Below, in pieces: positions 10,181 to 20,104 of a stretch of 62,745 nt of DNA (the first letter of the stretch is position 1; each line of letters starts with the position of its first letter). The notes beneath the pieces were generated by a model, which did not search any database, had not been told where the DNA came from, and worked only from the letters and a program-made list of their open reading frames with translations. Both the position numbers and the translations under genes were made by a program. Source of the DNA: Bacteroidales bacterium (GTDB taxonomy: Bacteria; Bacteroidota; Bacteroidia; Bacteroidales; JAUNSR01); contig JAVVPN010000005.1 of the NCBI GenBank assembly GCA_036655755.1, forward strand, positions 1-62,745, given 5' to 3'.

Positions 10181-13100
10181 ATGCAACCATTTGTACATCT
10201 TCACGTTCACTCCCAATATTCTATCCTCGACGGGCAGGCCGCCATTGGCGCGCTCGTTGATAAGGCGATGAAAAACGGGATGAAAGCGATTGCCGTAACC
10301 GACCACGGCAACATGTTCGGTATCAAAGAGTTTTTCAATTACACGAATAAGAAAAACGGTGCCGTTAATGGCGAAATCAAGGGATTAAAAAAACAACTGA
10401 AAGCGCTTGAAGCTGCCGAAGGCGACCATTCGGCCGCCATTGCCGAGCTGCAAGCACAAATCAGAGAAAAAGAATTGATGCGCTTCAAACCTATTTTCGG
10501 TTGTGAAGTGTATGTGGCTCGACGTGGACGCCAAAGCAAAGCGGGTAAAGAGGACCAGAGCGGTCATCACCTGATTTTGCTGGCTAAAAACGAAAAGGGA
10601 TACCGCAACCTGATCAAACTGGTTTCGATGGGGTGGACCGAGGGATACTATTACCGTCCGCGCGTCGACAAAGAGATTCTTGAAAAATATGCCGAAGGAC
10701 TTATCGTGAGTTCAGCCTGTCTGGGAGGTGAAATTCCGAAGCTGATTCAGGCTGGAAACCTCGAAAAGGCGGAAGAATCGATCCGTTGGTTTAAAAATAT
10801 ATGGGGTGACGACTATTACCTCGAATTGCAACGCCATAAGACGAACGATCCGAATGCAAACCGAGAGGTGTATCCGATTCAGCATCAGGTAAATGAAGAG
10901 TTGGTGAAGCTGGCAGCGAAAACGGGTGTTAAGCTAATCTGTACCAACGACGTGCACTTTGTAAACGAAGAGCACGCGGAAGCGCACGACCGTTTGATCT
11001 GTCTGAGTACGGGAAAAGACCTGAACGACCCGAACCGTATGCGCTACAGCAAGCAGGAATGGATGAAAACGCAGGAGGAGATGAACGAATTGTTCGCCGA
11101 TCTTCCGGAAGCGTTGGCAAATACTGCTGAAATTGCCGATAAGGTGGAGTTTTACACCATCGACCACGGTCCGATTTTGCCGAACTTCCCTCTGCCCGAT
11201 GGCTTTACGGATGATAATGACTACTTGCGCCATATCACCTATGTGGGAGCGAAAGAGCGTTGGGGCGAATTGACGGATGAGCAGAAAGAGCGTGTCGATT
11301 TCGAGTTGGCCACCATCAAGAACATGGGATTCCCGGGATACTTCCTGATTGTACAAGACTTTATCGCGGCAGCCCGCAAGATGGGCGTGTCGGTGGGTCC
11401 GGGACGTGGTTCGGCCGCCGGTTCGGCAGTAGCCTACTGTTTGAAGATTACGGATATCGACCCCATCAAGTACGACCTCCTGTTTGAGCGTTTCCTAAAC
11501 CCCGACCGTATCTCGTTGCCCGATATCGATATCGACTTCGACGATGACGGACGCGGAGAGGTATTGCGCTGGGTAACCGAAAAATATGGTTACGAAAAGG
11601 TGGCGCACATCATCACCTATGGTACGATGGCTACCAAATCGTCGATCAAGGATGTGGCGCGTGTGCAGAAACTGCCGCTGTCCGAATCAGACCGTCTGAC
11701 GAAACTAATTCCGGATCGATTGCCGGAGGTGAACGGAAAATCACTGAAAATCAACCTTAAGAATTGTATCGAAAACGTACCGGAACTGATGGATGCGGTG
11801 AACTCGCCGAATCCGATCATTGCCGATACGATGAAATATGCCCAGATGCTGGAAGGTAACGTGCGTAATACCGGTGTGCATGCCTGCGGTATCATCATCG
11901 GGCGCGACGATATTACCGACTGGGTGCCGGTAAGTACTGCCGACGATAAGGAGACGGGCGAAAAGATGCTCGTTACCCAATACGAAGGATCGGTTATCGA
12001 GGATACGGGATTGATCAAGATGGACTTCTTGGGATTGAAGACACTTTCGATCATTAAAGAAGCGATTGAGAATATCCGTCTGTCGAAAGGGATTGTGATC
12101 GATATCGATACGATCGATATTGAAGACCCTACGACATACAAATTATATAGCGACGGGCGCACTACCGGTACCTTCCAGTTTGAATCGGCGGGTATGCAGA
12201 AGTATCTGCGCGAGTTGCAACCCACTACGTTCGAAGACTTGATCGCGATGAATGCCCTTTATCGTCCGGGTCCGATGGATTACATTCCGCAGTTTATCGC
12301 ACGTAAACATGGTGTGGAACCGATTGTGTACGATATTCCGGTAATGGAGAAATACCTGAAAGACACCTACGGTATCACGGTATATCAGGAGCAAGTCATG
12401 CTCCTGTCGCGCTTGCTTGCCGACTTTACCCGTGGTGAATCAGATGCCCTGCGTAAAGCGATGGGTAAAAAGCTGCGCGACAAACTAGATCAGATGAAAC
12501 CGCAGTTTATCGCGGGTGGCCAGAAGAACGGCCACGATCCGAAAGTGCTCGAAAAGATCTGGGGAGACTGGGAGAAATTCGCGTCGTATGCCTTCAATAA
12601 ATCGCATGCCACTTGTTATTCGTGGGTAGCTTATCAGACCGCGTTTCTGAAAGCGAACTATCCGCCCGAATACATGGCGGCCGTATTGAGCCGAAACTTG
12701 TCGAACATTACCGACCTGGTGAAATACATGGACGAATGTAAGGCGATGAAGATACAGGTATTGGGGCCCGACGTAAACGAATCGAACCTGAAATTTACGG
12801 TTAATAAAAACGGAGATATCCGCTTCGGTATGGCCGCAATCAAAGGTGTGGGCGAAGGCGTAGTGCTTTCAATCATCAAGGAGCGCGAGGAGAACGGGCC
12901 GTTTACCGGCATCTTCAACTTTATCGAGCGTGTCAATCTGAGCGCCATCAATAAAAAAGCGCTCGAGGCGCTGGCATTGGGGGGTGCGTTCGACAACTTT
13001 ACCGAATTAAAACGCGAACAATATTTCACCCCGAACATGCGCGGCGAAATATTTATGGAAACGCTGGTGCGTTACGGACAAAAATTCCAGATCGACAAGA

Positions 13101-13849
13101 ATGCTGCCGTAAACAGCCTGTTCGGAGGATTTGACGCGGTAGAGGTGTCGCGACCGGAAATTCCGCCATACGAACCATGGGGCGACCTGGAACGATTGAA
13201 TAAAGAAAAAGAGTATGTAGGGATCTATCTGTCGGCCCATCCGCTGGATGAATTCAAAATCGCACTCGATTACGGATGCAATACGCAGCTCGCTGAATTT
13301 ACCAACCCCGATTCGCTGAAAGGGCGCGAAATCATCATGGGAGGAATCGTTACGAATTTCCGCGAAGGGATGACCCGCAAAGGAAATCCGTACGGATGCA
13401 TTAAATTGGAGGATTATTCGGGTTCGTATGAGATCATGCTGTTCGGTAACGACTTCCCGGAATTCCGAAAATTCGGATACAACGGTATGTATCTGCTGAT
13501 TAGCGGCAAATTCCAGCCGAAACGATTCAATCCGGAAGATTATGAATTTAAGATCGGCCAGATTGAGTTATTGCCTGATGTAAAAGACCGCCTTGTCGAA
13601 TCGCTTACAATCGGCGTACCGCTACAGGAGATTCACAATGTAATGGTTGATACGCTACAGTCGATGATCGTATCGGAAAAGGGAGGAAAAACCAAACTCT
13701 ATTTTGAGATTTACGACCCCGAGACCCAACATATCGTGAAGCTTTATTCGCGTTCGCACAACGTAGTTATAACCAAAGAGTTGATAAACTTCTTGCGAGA
13801 GAATGAGCATCTTTATTATAAAATTAATGACCGCGAGCCGAAGGAATAA
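10181..13849 (+). CDS. dnaE: DNA polymerase III alpha subunit
   Basis: FVHLHVHSQYSILDG PHP domain, GPGRGSAAGS, PDIDIDF, KMDFLGLKTL, YAFNKSHA. No intein seen. ATG at 10181. Confidence 0.98.
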   Translation: MQPFVHLHVHSQYSILDGQAAIGALVDKAMKNGMKAIAVTDHGNMFGIKEFFNYTNKKNGAVNGEIKGLKKQLKALEAAEGDHSAAIAELQAQIREKELMRFKPIFGCEVYVARRGRQSKAGKEDQSGHHLILLAKNEKGYRNLIKLVSMGWTEGYYYRPRVDKEILEKYAEGLIVSSACLGGEIPKLIQAGNLEKAEESIRWFKNIWGDDYYLELQRHKTNDPNANREVYPIQHQVNEELVKLAAKTGVKLICTNDVHFVNEEHAEAHDRLICLSTGKDLNDPNRMRYSKQEWMKTQEEMNELFADLPEALANTAEIADKVEFYTIDHGPILPNFPLPDGFTDDNDYLRHITYVGAKERWGELTDEQKERVDFELATIKNMGFPGYFLIVQDFIAAARKMGVSVGPGRGSAAGSAVAYCLKITDIDPIKYDLLFERFLNPDRISLPDIDIDFDDDGRGEVLRWVTEKYGYEKVAHIITYGTMATKSSIKDVARVQKLPLSESDRLTKLIPDRLPEVNGKSLKINLKNCIENVPELMDAVNSPNPIIADTMKYAQMLEGNVRNTGVHACGIIIGRDDITDWVPVSTADDKETGEKMLVTQYEGSVIEDTGLIKMDFLGLKTLSIIKEAIENIRLSKGIVIDIDTIDIEDPTTYKLYSDGRTTGTFQFESAGMQKYLRELQPTTFEDLIAMNALYRPGPMDYIPQFIARKHGVEPIVYDIPVMEKYLKDTYGITVYQEQVMLLSRLLADFTRGESDALRKAMGKKLRDKLDQMKPQFIAGGQKNGHDPKVLEKIWGDWEKFASYAFNKSHATCYSWVAYQTAFLKANYPPEYMAAVLSRNLSNITDLVKYMDECKAMKIQVLGPDVNESNLKFTVNKNGDIRFGMAAIKGVGEGVVLSIIKEREENGPFTGIFNFIERVNLSAINKKALEALALGGAFDNFTELKREQYFTPNMRGEIFMETLVRYGQKFQIDKNAAVNSLFGGFDAVEVSRPEIPPYEPWGDLERLNKEKEYVGIYLSAHPLDEFKIALDYGCNTQLAEFTNPDSLKGREIIMGGIVTNFREGMTRKGNPYGCIKLEDYSGSYEIMLFGNDFPEFRKFGYNGMYLLISGKFQPKRFNPEDYEFKIGQIELLPDVKDRLVESLTIGVPLQEIHNVMVDTLQSMIVSEKGGKTKLYFEIYDPETQHIVKLYSRSHNVVITKELINFLRENEHLYYKINDREPKE

Positions 13850-13922
13850 GGTTTTTTCCTTATTTTTGAATCATTATTGAGACAATATCGTAATCAATTT
13901 TTGAATAAAACATTAGTATATC

Positions 13923-14240
13923 ATGGCTTTACAATTTAAAGACGAAAGCGTTAAAGAATTAATTGCCTCAGGCAAACCGGTAGTAATCGATTTTTGGGCA
14001 GAATGGTGTGGACCATGCCGCATGGTATCACCAATCATTGACGAACTATCAGCAGAATATGAAGGACGTGTAGCAATCGGAAAATATAATGTAGACGAAG
14101 AGAATGATCTGAGCGCAGAATATGGCATCCGCAACATCCCAACCATCCTTTTCTTTAAAGATGGCAAATTGGTAGACAAACAAGTTGGAGCTGCTCCGAA
14201 AGCTGCCATCCAGGCTAAGGTTGATGCTATCGCAGAATAA
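13923..14240 (+). CDS. trxA: Thioredoxin
   Basis: DFWAEWCGPC and IPTILFFKDG. Confidence 0.97.
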   Translation: MALQFKDESVKELIASGKPVVIDFWAEWCGPCRMVSPIIDELSAEYEGRVAIGKYNVDEENDLSAEYGIRNIPTILFFKDGKLVDKQVGAAPKAAIQAKVDAIAE

Positions 14241-14264
14241 TCAGACGACCTGATCACAAGCAAG

Positions 14265-14306
14265 GAGGCAGATGATTCATTTTTCAATCATCTGCCTCTT
14301 TTGTTT
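14265..14306 (+). terminator. Intrinsic terminator after trxA
   Basis: 13-bp stem GAGGCAGATGATT/AATCATCTGCCTC followed by TTTTGTTT. Confidence 0.8.
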
Positions 14307-14347
14307 AAAATAGTAACAAAGAAATTTTTAAATCCCACGTTTATTTC

Positions 14348-14355
14348 TACTTTTG
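14348..14355 (+). promoter_or_regulatory. -7 promoter element for the zap-rny operon
   Basis: TACTTTTG just upstream of ORF 14369. Confidence 0.55.
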
Positions 14356-14368
14356 TAAAGATTTTGGT

Positions 14369-14668
14369 ATGAAAATGGCAGACGAACCTAAAAAGTTGCT
14401 GAACAACCTCGAAGCAAGAGTAAGGCAACTCATGTTTCTTTGCAGTACACTCGAAGAACAAAAACAAGATTTATTAGTTAAACTCGACGAGAAAGAAGCC
14501 CAGTTAATGAAGGCTCTCCAAGAGAAAGAAGAGTTAAATACCAAATATCAGAACCTCCGGACAGCCCAGACATTATCCGGCGAAACTCAGGATATGCGGG
14601 AGACAAAAGCGAGGTTTAACAAATTAGTGCGGGAAATCGATAAATGCATCGCATTATTAAACGAATAA
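14369..14668 (+). CDS. Coiled-coil protein (ZapB-like partner of ZapA)
   Basis: Heptad-rich 99-aa helix directly upstream of zapA, ending KLVREIDKCIALLN. Confidence 0.7.
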   Translation: MKMADEPKKLLNNLEARVRQLMFLCSTLEEQKQDLLVKLDEKEAQLMKALQEKEELNTKYQNLRTAQTLSGETQDMRETKARFNKLVREIDKCIALLNE

Positions 14669-14674
14669 GATGCA

Positions 14675-14971
14675 ATGAGCGATAAATTTACAATCAGAAT
14701 AAAAATAGCAGATTCTGCTCATCCCCTTACCATTGAACGTAAAGATGAAGAATTATACCGGAAAGCTGCTAAAATGGTGGATATGCGATTCGCCGATTAC
14801 AAAGAGAGATATAAGAATGTGGATCTGAATGATAATCAGTTCCTTTCATTCGTAGCTTTGGAATTCGCGGTTAAGTACCTGCGGCTCGATGACGACAGGA
14901 ATATTGATGCCTTGGGGAACAAAATCGGAGAAATTACTCACGAGATTGAGGAATTTTTAAAAAATAAGTAA
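14675..14971 (+). CDS. zapA: Cell division protein ZapA
   Basis: IRIKIADSAHPLTIERKDEELYRKAAKMVD...LSFVALEFA pattern, and position upstream of rny. Confidence 0.85.
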   Translation: MSDKFTIRIKIADSAHPLTIERKDEELYRKAAKMVDMRFADYKERYKNVDLNDNQFLSFVALEFAVKYLRLDDDRNIDALGNKIGEITHEIEEFLKNK

Positions 14972-14993
14972 GTTTATACAAATAATAATATTC

Positions 14994-15043
14994 TGCACTA
15001 CTTGTATACTTCTACGGGAGTATATTGGTAGTGCATTTTTTTT
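14994..15043 (+). terminator. Hairpin with cUACGg tetraloop and U-tract between zapA and rny
   Basis: TGCACTACTTGTATACTTC-TACG-GGAGTATATTGGTAGTGCA followed by T8. Confidence 0.7.
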
Positions 15044-15069
15044 AAATACTATAATAATCTCTGCAACCA

Positions 15070-16605
15070 ATGACAACAATATTATTGACAGCAGTTGCGT
15101 GTTTGATATTAGGTGGTATCGCGACATGGTTCACGATAAGATATCTGCTCAAACAACGTTATAATGCAATTATCAGCGAGGCAACCAAAGAGGCTGAAGT
15201 GATTAAGAAGGAGAAACTTTTCGAGGTTAAGGAAAAAGGGATCCAGATGAAAGCGGAAGTGGAAAAACAGGCTAACGCCCGCCATGCTAAATTACAACAA
15301 GCTGAGACACGCATTAAACAACGTGAACTGCAACTAAACCAGAAAAATGACGACCTGAGCCGTAAGCGTCAGGAAACAGAAGCTGTCCGCGAAAATCTTG
15401 AAAAACAGATTGAGCTGGTAGAAGTAAAGAAACAGGATCTTGAGAAACTTCATAAAGAGGGAGTGGTGCGTTTGGAGCAAATCGCCGGTCTTTCTGCAGA
15501 AGAGGCTAAAGACAAACTGATTGAATCATTGAAAGAAGAGGCGAAAACAGAAGCAGCTTCTTATATCAATGATATCATGGACGAAGCGAAAATGACTGCT
15601 AACAAGGAGGCAAAAAGCATCGTTATCAAAACAATTCAACGCGTAGCTACAGAAACGGCAATCGAAAATTCGGTTACCGTATTCCATATCGAATCTGACG
15701 AAATCAAAGGTCGTATTATCGGACGTGAAGGACGTAACATCCGTGCGCTCGAAGCGGCTACCGGTGTTGAGATCATCGTAGATGATACTCCGGAAGCAAT
15801 CGTACTTTCTGCATTCGACCCTGTTCGCCGCGAAATCGCCCGTCTTGCCCTACACCAATTGGTAACAGACGGTCGTATTCACCCTGCCCGTATCGAAGAG
15901 GTAGTGGTAAAAGTACGCAAACAGATTGAAGAGGAAATTATCGAAACCGGTAAACGTACGGCGATCGACTTAGGTGTACATGGTTTACATCCTGAACTGA
16001 TCCGCTTGATCGGTAAGATGAAATATCGTTCTTCTTACGGACAGAACCTATTGCAACACGCTCGTGAAACAGCTAACCTTTGTGCCGTAATGGCATCGGA
16101 ACTGGGCTTGAACACGAAAAAAGCGAAACGTGCCGGTCTGTTACACGATATAGGTAAAGTGCCTGATGATGAGCCGGAATTGCCACACGCAATTTTGGGT
16201 ATGAAACTGGCCGAGAAATACAAAGAAAAACCGGATATCTGCAACGCAATCGGTGCTCACCACGATGAAGTGGAAATGGCATCTTTGATTGCTCCATTGG
16301 TACAGGTTTGTGACGCCATTTCAGGTGCCCGTCCGGGTGCTCGCCGTGAAATCGTAGAAGCATATATCAAACGCCTGAATGACCTTGAGCAATTGGCTCT
16401 TTCTTATCCGGGTGTATTGAAAACATATGCAATCCAGGCAGGACGCGAACTGCGTGTTATCGTAGGTGCTGATAAGATCGATGATTCTGAAACAGAAAAA
16501 TTATCCACTGAAATAGCTAAAAAAATTCAGGATGAAATGACTTATCCTGGACAGGTGAAAATCACGGTAATCCGTGAAACTCGTGCCGTAAGCTACGCTA
16601 AGTAA
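15070..16605 (+). CDS. rny: Ribonuclease Y
   Basis: N-terminal TM helix, coiled coil, KH domain [15 protein letters not shown] domain [17 protein letters not shown]. Confidence 0.97.
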   Translation: MTTILLTAVACLILGGIATWFTIRYLLKQRYNAIISEATKEAEVIKKEKLFEVKEKGIQMKAEVEKQANARHAKLQQAETRIKQRELQLNQKNDDLSRKRQETEAVRENLEKQIELVEVKKQDLEKLHKEGVVRLEQIAGLSAEEAKDKLIESLKEEAKTEAASYINDIMDEAKMTANKEAKSIVIKTIQRVATETAIENSVTVFHIESDEIKGRIIGREGRNIRALEAATGVEIIVDDTPEAIVLSAFDPVRREIARLALHQLVTDGRIHPARIEEVVVKVRKQIEEEIIETGKRTAIDLGVHGLHPELIRLIGKMKYRSSYGQNLLQHARETANLCAVMASELGLNTKKAKRAGLLHDIGKVPDDEPELPHAILGMKLAEKYKEKPDICNAIGAHHDEVEMASLIAPLVQVCDAISGARPGARREIVEAYIKRLNDLEQLALSYPGVLKTYAIQAGRELRVIVGADKIDDSETEKLSTEIAKKIQDEMTYPGQVKITVIRETRAVSYAK

Positions 16606-16613
16606 TAATTTCC

Positions 16614-16696
16614 GGCACACAGGGCAATTTATTCGGCTCAGAAAGAAAGTTCTCTTTTTTCATGCTTGCGGATAGGTTGTTTTGTGTGCCTTTTTT
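16614..16696 (+). terminator. Long G.U-rich hairpin with U-tract between rny and ricT
   Basis: 16614-16635 pairs continuously with 16669-16690 (22 bp including six G.U pairs), followed by T6. Confidence 0.65.
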
Positions 16697-16709
16697 ATCA
16701 TGCTTAAAA

Positions 16710-18197
16710 ATGGAATCAACAGAAAAGAAAGGCGGCTGCAGTAAACACGGATCATGTCCGAACTGCAAATGCCAAAGCAATAAGAAACTGAACGTATATG
16801 ACTGGCTTCAGGATATCCCCGAATCACATCAGGATACTGAGTTCATCGAGGTTCAGTTCAAAAATACACGGAAAGGATACTACCGCAATTCGAACAAACT
16901 TCCTATTGAAAAAGGGGATATCGTTGCTGTAGAATCAAATCCGGGCCACGATATCGGCGAAGTAACGCTGACGGGACGTCTTGTTTTGATTCAGATGAAG
17001 AAAAACAACATCCGCGTGGACAACCCCGATATCCGCCGTGTATATCGTAAGGCCAAACCGAACGATTTAGAGAAATACGAGGAGGCGAAAGCGCGCGAAC
17101 ATGACACCATGATCCGCTCACGTAAAATCGCCGAAGATTTGCATCTGAATATGAAAATCGGCGACGTAGAGTATCAGGGTGACGGTAACAAAGCCATTTT
17201 CTATTATATCGCAGATGAGCGTGTAGACTTCCGCCAGTTAATCAAGGTACTTGCCGAAACATTCCGCGTGCGTATTGAGATGAAACAGATCGGAGCGCGT
17301 CAGGAAGCGGGCCGCATTGGCGGTATCGGTCCTTGCGGACGTGAGCTATGCTGCTCGGGCTGGATGACCAGCTTTGTGAGCGTGGCTACTTCGGCCGCCC
17401 GCTACCAGGATATATCGCTTAATCCGCAAAAACTTGCCGGCCAGTGTGCGAAACTGAAATGTTGCCTGAACTATGAAGTGGATACGTATGTAGAAGCGCA
17501 GAAGAAATTGCCTTCACGTGAAATCATGCTTGAAACGAAAGACGGACAGTATTATCATTTCAAAACAGATATTCATCGCCGCATGATCTCTTACTCGACG
17601 AGCAGAGATTTCCCGGCCAACCTGATTACGATTCCGGCTTCCCGCGCATTCGAAATCATTGCTCTTAACAAACGGGGTGTACGCGTAGATTCTCTTGAAG
17701 GGGAGAACAAACCGGAAACACCGAAGAAAGAGTTTACGGATGTTGTAGGACAGGACAGCCTTACCCGCTTTGATAAAACGAAAAAGAATATCAACAAGAA
17801 GCGGAATAAAAAAGGACCGGGACAGGAGGAGAAAGAGGTAACGCCACAGGATAATAAACCGGCGAATGAACGACCACGCAGAGAGCGGCCGAACAGACCG
17901 CAACAGAATGGCAATTCAAACCCGAATCCGAAAGCACCTCAAGCAAAACCACAGAATCCGAATCCGAAACCGAATTCTCAGAATCAGAATCAGCCTCAGA
18001 CCCAAAGTCAGCCACAGGCTCAGAATCAGAATCAGGGAGCTCCGGCTCAAGGACAACAGAATCAGAAAAAAGAACGTCCGTTCAAAAGAGGGAATCGACG
18101 TCCGGGAGGACCAGATAAACGAAATGGCAACGGACAAGGAGAGAACAGTAACAAAAATGATAAGCCCGCTAAGCAACAAAATCCGAAACAGGATTAA
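16710..18197 (+). CDS. ricT: PSP1-domain regulatory Fe-S subunit RicT/YaaT with long disordered C-terminal tail
   Basis: EVQFKNTRK, FYYIADERVDFRQLIK, GGIGPCGRELCCSGW, KLAGQCAKLKCCLNYE. ATG at 16710. Confidence 0.9.
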   Translation: MESTEKKGGCSKHGSCPNCKCQSNKKLNVYDWLQDIPESHQDTEFIEVQFKNTRKGYYRNSNKLPIEKGDIVAVESNPGHDIGEVTLTGRLVLIQMKKNNIRVDNPDIRRVYRKAKPNDLEKYEEAKAREHDTMIRSRKIAEDLHLNMKIGDVEYQGDGNKAIFYYIADERVDFRQLIKVLAETFRVRIEMKQIGARQEAGRIGGIGPCGRELCCSGWMTSFVSVATSAARYQDISLNPQKLAGQCAKLKCCLNYEVDTYVEAQKKLPSREIMLETKDGQYYHFKTDIHRRMISYSTSRDFPANLITIPASRAFEIIALNKRGVRVDSLEGENKPETPKKEFTDVVGQDSLTRFDKTKKNINKKRNKKGPGQEEKEVTPQDNKPANERPRRERPNRPQQNGNSNPNPKAPQAKPQNPNPKPNSQNQNQPQTQSQPQAQNQNQGAPAQGQQNQKKERPFKRGNRRPGGPDKRNGNGQGENSNKNDKPAKQQNPKQD

Positions 18198-18654
18198 TCT
18201 GACGCTTTTTATCATCACTATATTTATCCTGGGAGGATGTGAAAACGACAGTAATGTCGCTTTTCATTCTTCCCGGGATGTTTCTGCTTTGGGCTGGGGG
18301 CCCAAAGATTCTTTAATCTGGCCTATCGAATGGCAAGACTCAATTCATGCTTATAATATGGATGTAGAGGTGCGCCACGATAACTCTTACCCCTATCAGA
18401 ACCTGGGATTAGAGATCTGCCTTGCGAAAGGCGACACACTGATCATTAAAGATACATTAAACCTATCCCTGACTTCTCCCATCGGAGATTGGCAAGGATC
18501 CGGCTGGGGATCTCTTTATCAGGAACAATATCCTTATAACAGAGTTACTTTCCCCTATCCGGGCAATTACACTTTAACCGTGCGGCCATACATGACTGAC
18601 TGGAACTTAAAAGGAATCTATTCGGTCGGAATAAAAATCAGCAAGCATCAATAA
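18157..18654 (+). CDS. gldH: Gliding-motility-family lipoprotein GldH
   Basis: Lipobox ILGGC; GW..KDSL, VRHDNSYPYQNL, DTL, GDWQGSGWG, GIYSVGIKI. Overlaps the end of ricT by 41 nt. Confidence 0.82.
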   Translation: MISPLSNKIRNRINLTLFIITIFILGGCENDSNVAFHSSRDVSALGWGPKDSLIWPIEWQDSIHAYNMDVEVRHDNSYPYQNLGLEICLAKGDTLIIKDTLNLSLTSPIGDWQGSGWGSLYQEQYPYNRVTFPYPGNYTLTVRPYMTDWNLKGIYSVGIKISKHQ

Positions 18655-20096
18655 TGCTCTAGCCGGTCGGCGTCAAGACGAAGGAATATAAACAATAATA
18701 TTGAAAAGGACCAAAGCCCCGACCCTCCGTAACTAAAGAATGGAAGCGGAATACCGATTACAGGGCAAAGCCCGATTACCATCCCTACATTCACCATCAG
18801 GTGAAACAGAAATACGGAAATCACACAATAACCATATACCCTTGCGAATACCGAGCGTTGCCGCTCTGCAAGATGGATAAGCCGTAATATCAACACAAGA
18901 AACAGAAGCAATACAGCTACGGAGCCGACGAATCCCTCTTCTTCTCCGATGGTACAGAAAATAAAGTCTGTATCCTGCTCGGGCACATATTTGAGCTTTG
19001 TCTGCGTACCATTGAGTAATCCTTTCCCAAGCAATCCTCCCGAACCAATGGCTATTTTTGCCTGGTTTACATTATAACCAGCTCCCTGCAAGTCTTCCTC
19101 CATACCCAGTGCCACTTTGATACGAATTTGCTGATGGGGCTCGAGGATGCGATCGAAAGCATAATCCACCGAAAACAAGAATGCGATAAAAGCCAATGAA
19201 AATGCCCCGATAATCAGATAATGTGAATAGCGGGTTTGCAGGAACAGAACGATTAGATAAATGAGTCCGGCTACGCAAAGTGCCAACCCGACATATACGA
19301 AATTAACAGGAATCCATAAATAGACGGTTGCCGCAATTGCACCTGACAAAGCCAATATGCCCAGTACAATCCAGGCGGCTTTCTTATTCCGGGCATAAAA
19401 GTAAAGCATGCCGGCCTCAAGCAACATAATCATCTGCAACACGAGCGACGTACCCAGATCGCCGCTTCCGAACTCCACATCGCCGAACTTCACCCCTATA
19501 ATAAAAAACAGAATGGCGCATAATCCACCGATCATTACCAATCCCGACATCCCTTCACGATACAAAACTAGTACGAACGACAGGTAAACAAGGGCTGAAC
19601 CGGTTTCACGCTGCATAATAATCAGCAAAACCGGTAACAGAATAACCAAAACCGCTTTCAGAAAGTTCTTGGGCTTGGTCAGCACGAAATTGTAGGTATT
19701 AAAGAGCCATGCGAGCATAAGCGCAGTGGCGAATTTACCGAATTCGGCAGGCTGAATACTTACCGGTCCGAGCACCAGCCAGGAGCGCGAACCCTTTACA
19801 TCGGGAGCAATGAAAATCGTGACGACCAAGGTAGCGAGCATCACTCCGTATATCAACGGGGCCAATGTATCAAAGGTCCGCGACTCAATCATCAGAATGA
19901 TCGCGCCCAGACAGAATGCCAGTCCTATCCACATCAACTGTTTCCCCGAGCGGCTTGCCATATCAAAAATACTTGTATGGTCGAAGTTATAGCTGGCGGC
20001 GTAAATACTTACCCAACCGGCAAAAACCATGACCGCATAGATGGCTACTACCCACCAATCGACCGATCTCCAGATATTGATCTCTCTTGTTCGCAC
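18648..20096 (-). CDS. rodA: Rod shape-determining SEDS protein RodA
   Basis: KGSRSWL, QPAEFGK, GYNVNQAKIAIGSGG, PEQDTDFIF, PFFSYGGS. Confidence 0.96.
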   Translation of the reverse strand: MRTREINIWRSVDWWVVAIYAVMVFAGWVSIYAASYNFDHTSIFDMASRSGKQLMWIGLAFCLGAIILMIESRTFDTLAPLIYGVMLATLVVTIFIAPDVKGSRSWLVLGPVSIQPAEFGKFATALMLAWLFNTYNFVLTKPKNFLKAVLVILLPVLLIIMQRETGSALVYLSFVLVLYREGMSGLVMIGGLCAILFFIIGVKFGDVEFGSGDLGTSLVLQMIMLLEAGMLYFYARNKKAAWIVLGILALSGAIAATVYLWIPVNFVYVGLALCVAGLIYLIVLFLQTRYSHYLIIGAFSLAFIAFLFSVDYAFDRILEPHQQIRIKVALGMEEDLQGAGYNVNQAKIAIGSGGLLGKGLLNGTQTKLKYVPEQDTDFIFCTIGEEEGFVGSVAVLLLFLVLILRLIHLAERQRSVFARVYGYCVISVFLFHLMVNVGMVIGLCPVIGIPLPFFSYGGSGLWSFSILLFIFLRLDADRLEHY

Positions 20097-20104
20097 GTTA
20101 TCTA

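Noticed and set aside
10181-13849. Intein in dnaE
   Set aside because: Length and motifs are continuous; no C/S...HN splice junctions or LAGLIDADG motif seen.
14972-15069. 6S RNA in the zapA-rny gap, a synteny known in other phyla
   Set aside because: The gap is only 98 nt, far short of about 180 nt, and is explained by one hairpin plus a U-tract.
17866-18156. N-terminal extension of the 262-aa GldH ORF
   Set aside because: It is the alternate frame of the ricT low-complexity tail; the lipoprotein signal starts at ATG 18157.
18157-18654. Gliding motility system
   Set aside because: A lone gldH next to ricT/rodA is common in non-motile Bacteroidales, and no other gld/spr motor genes are present.
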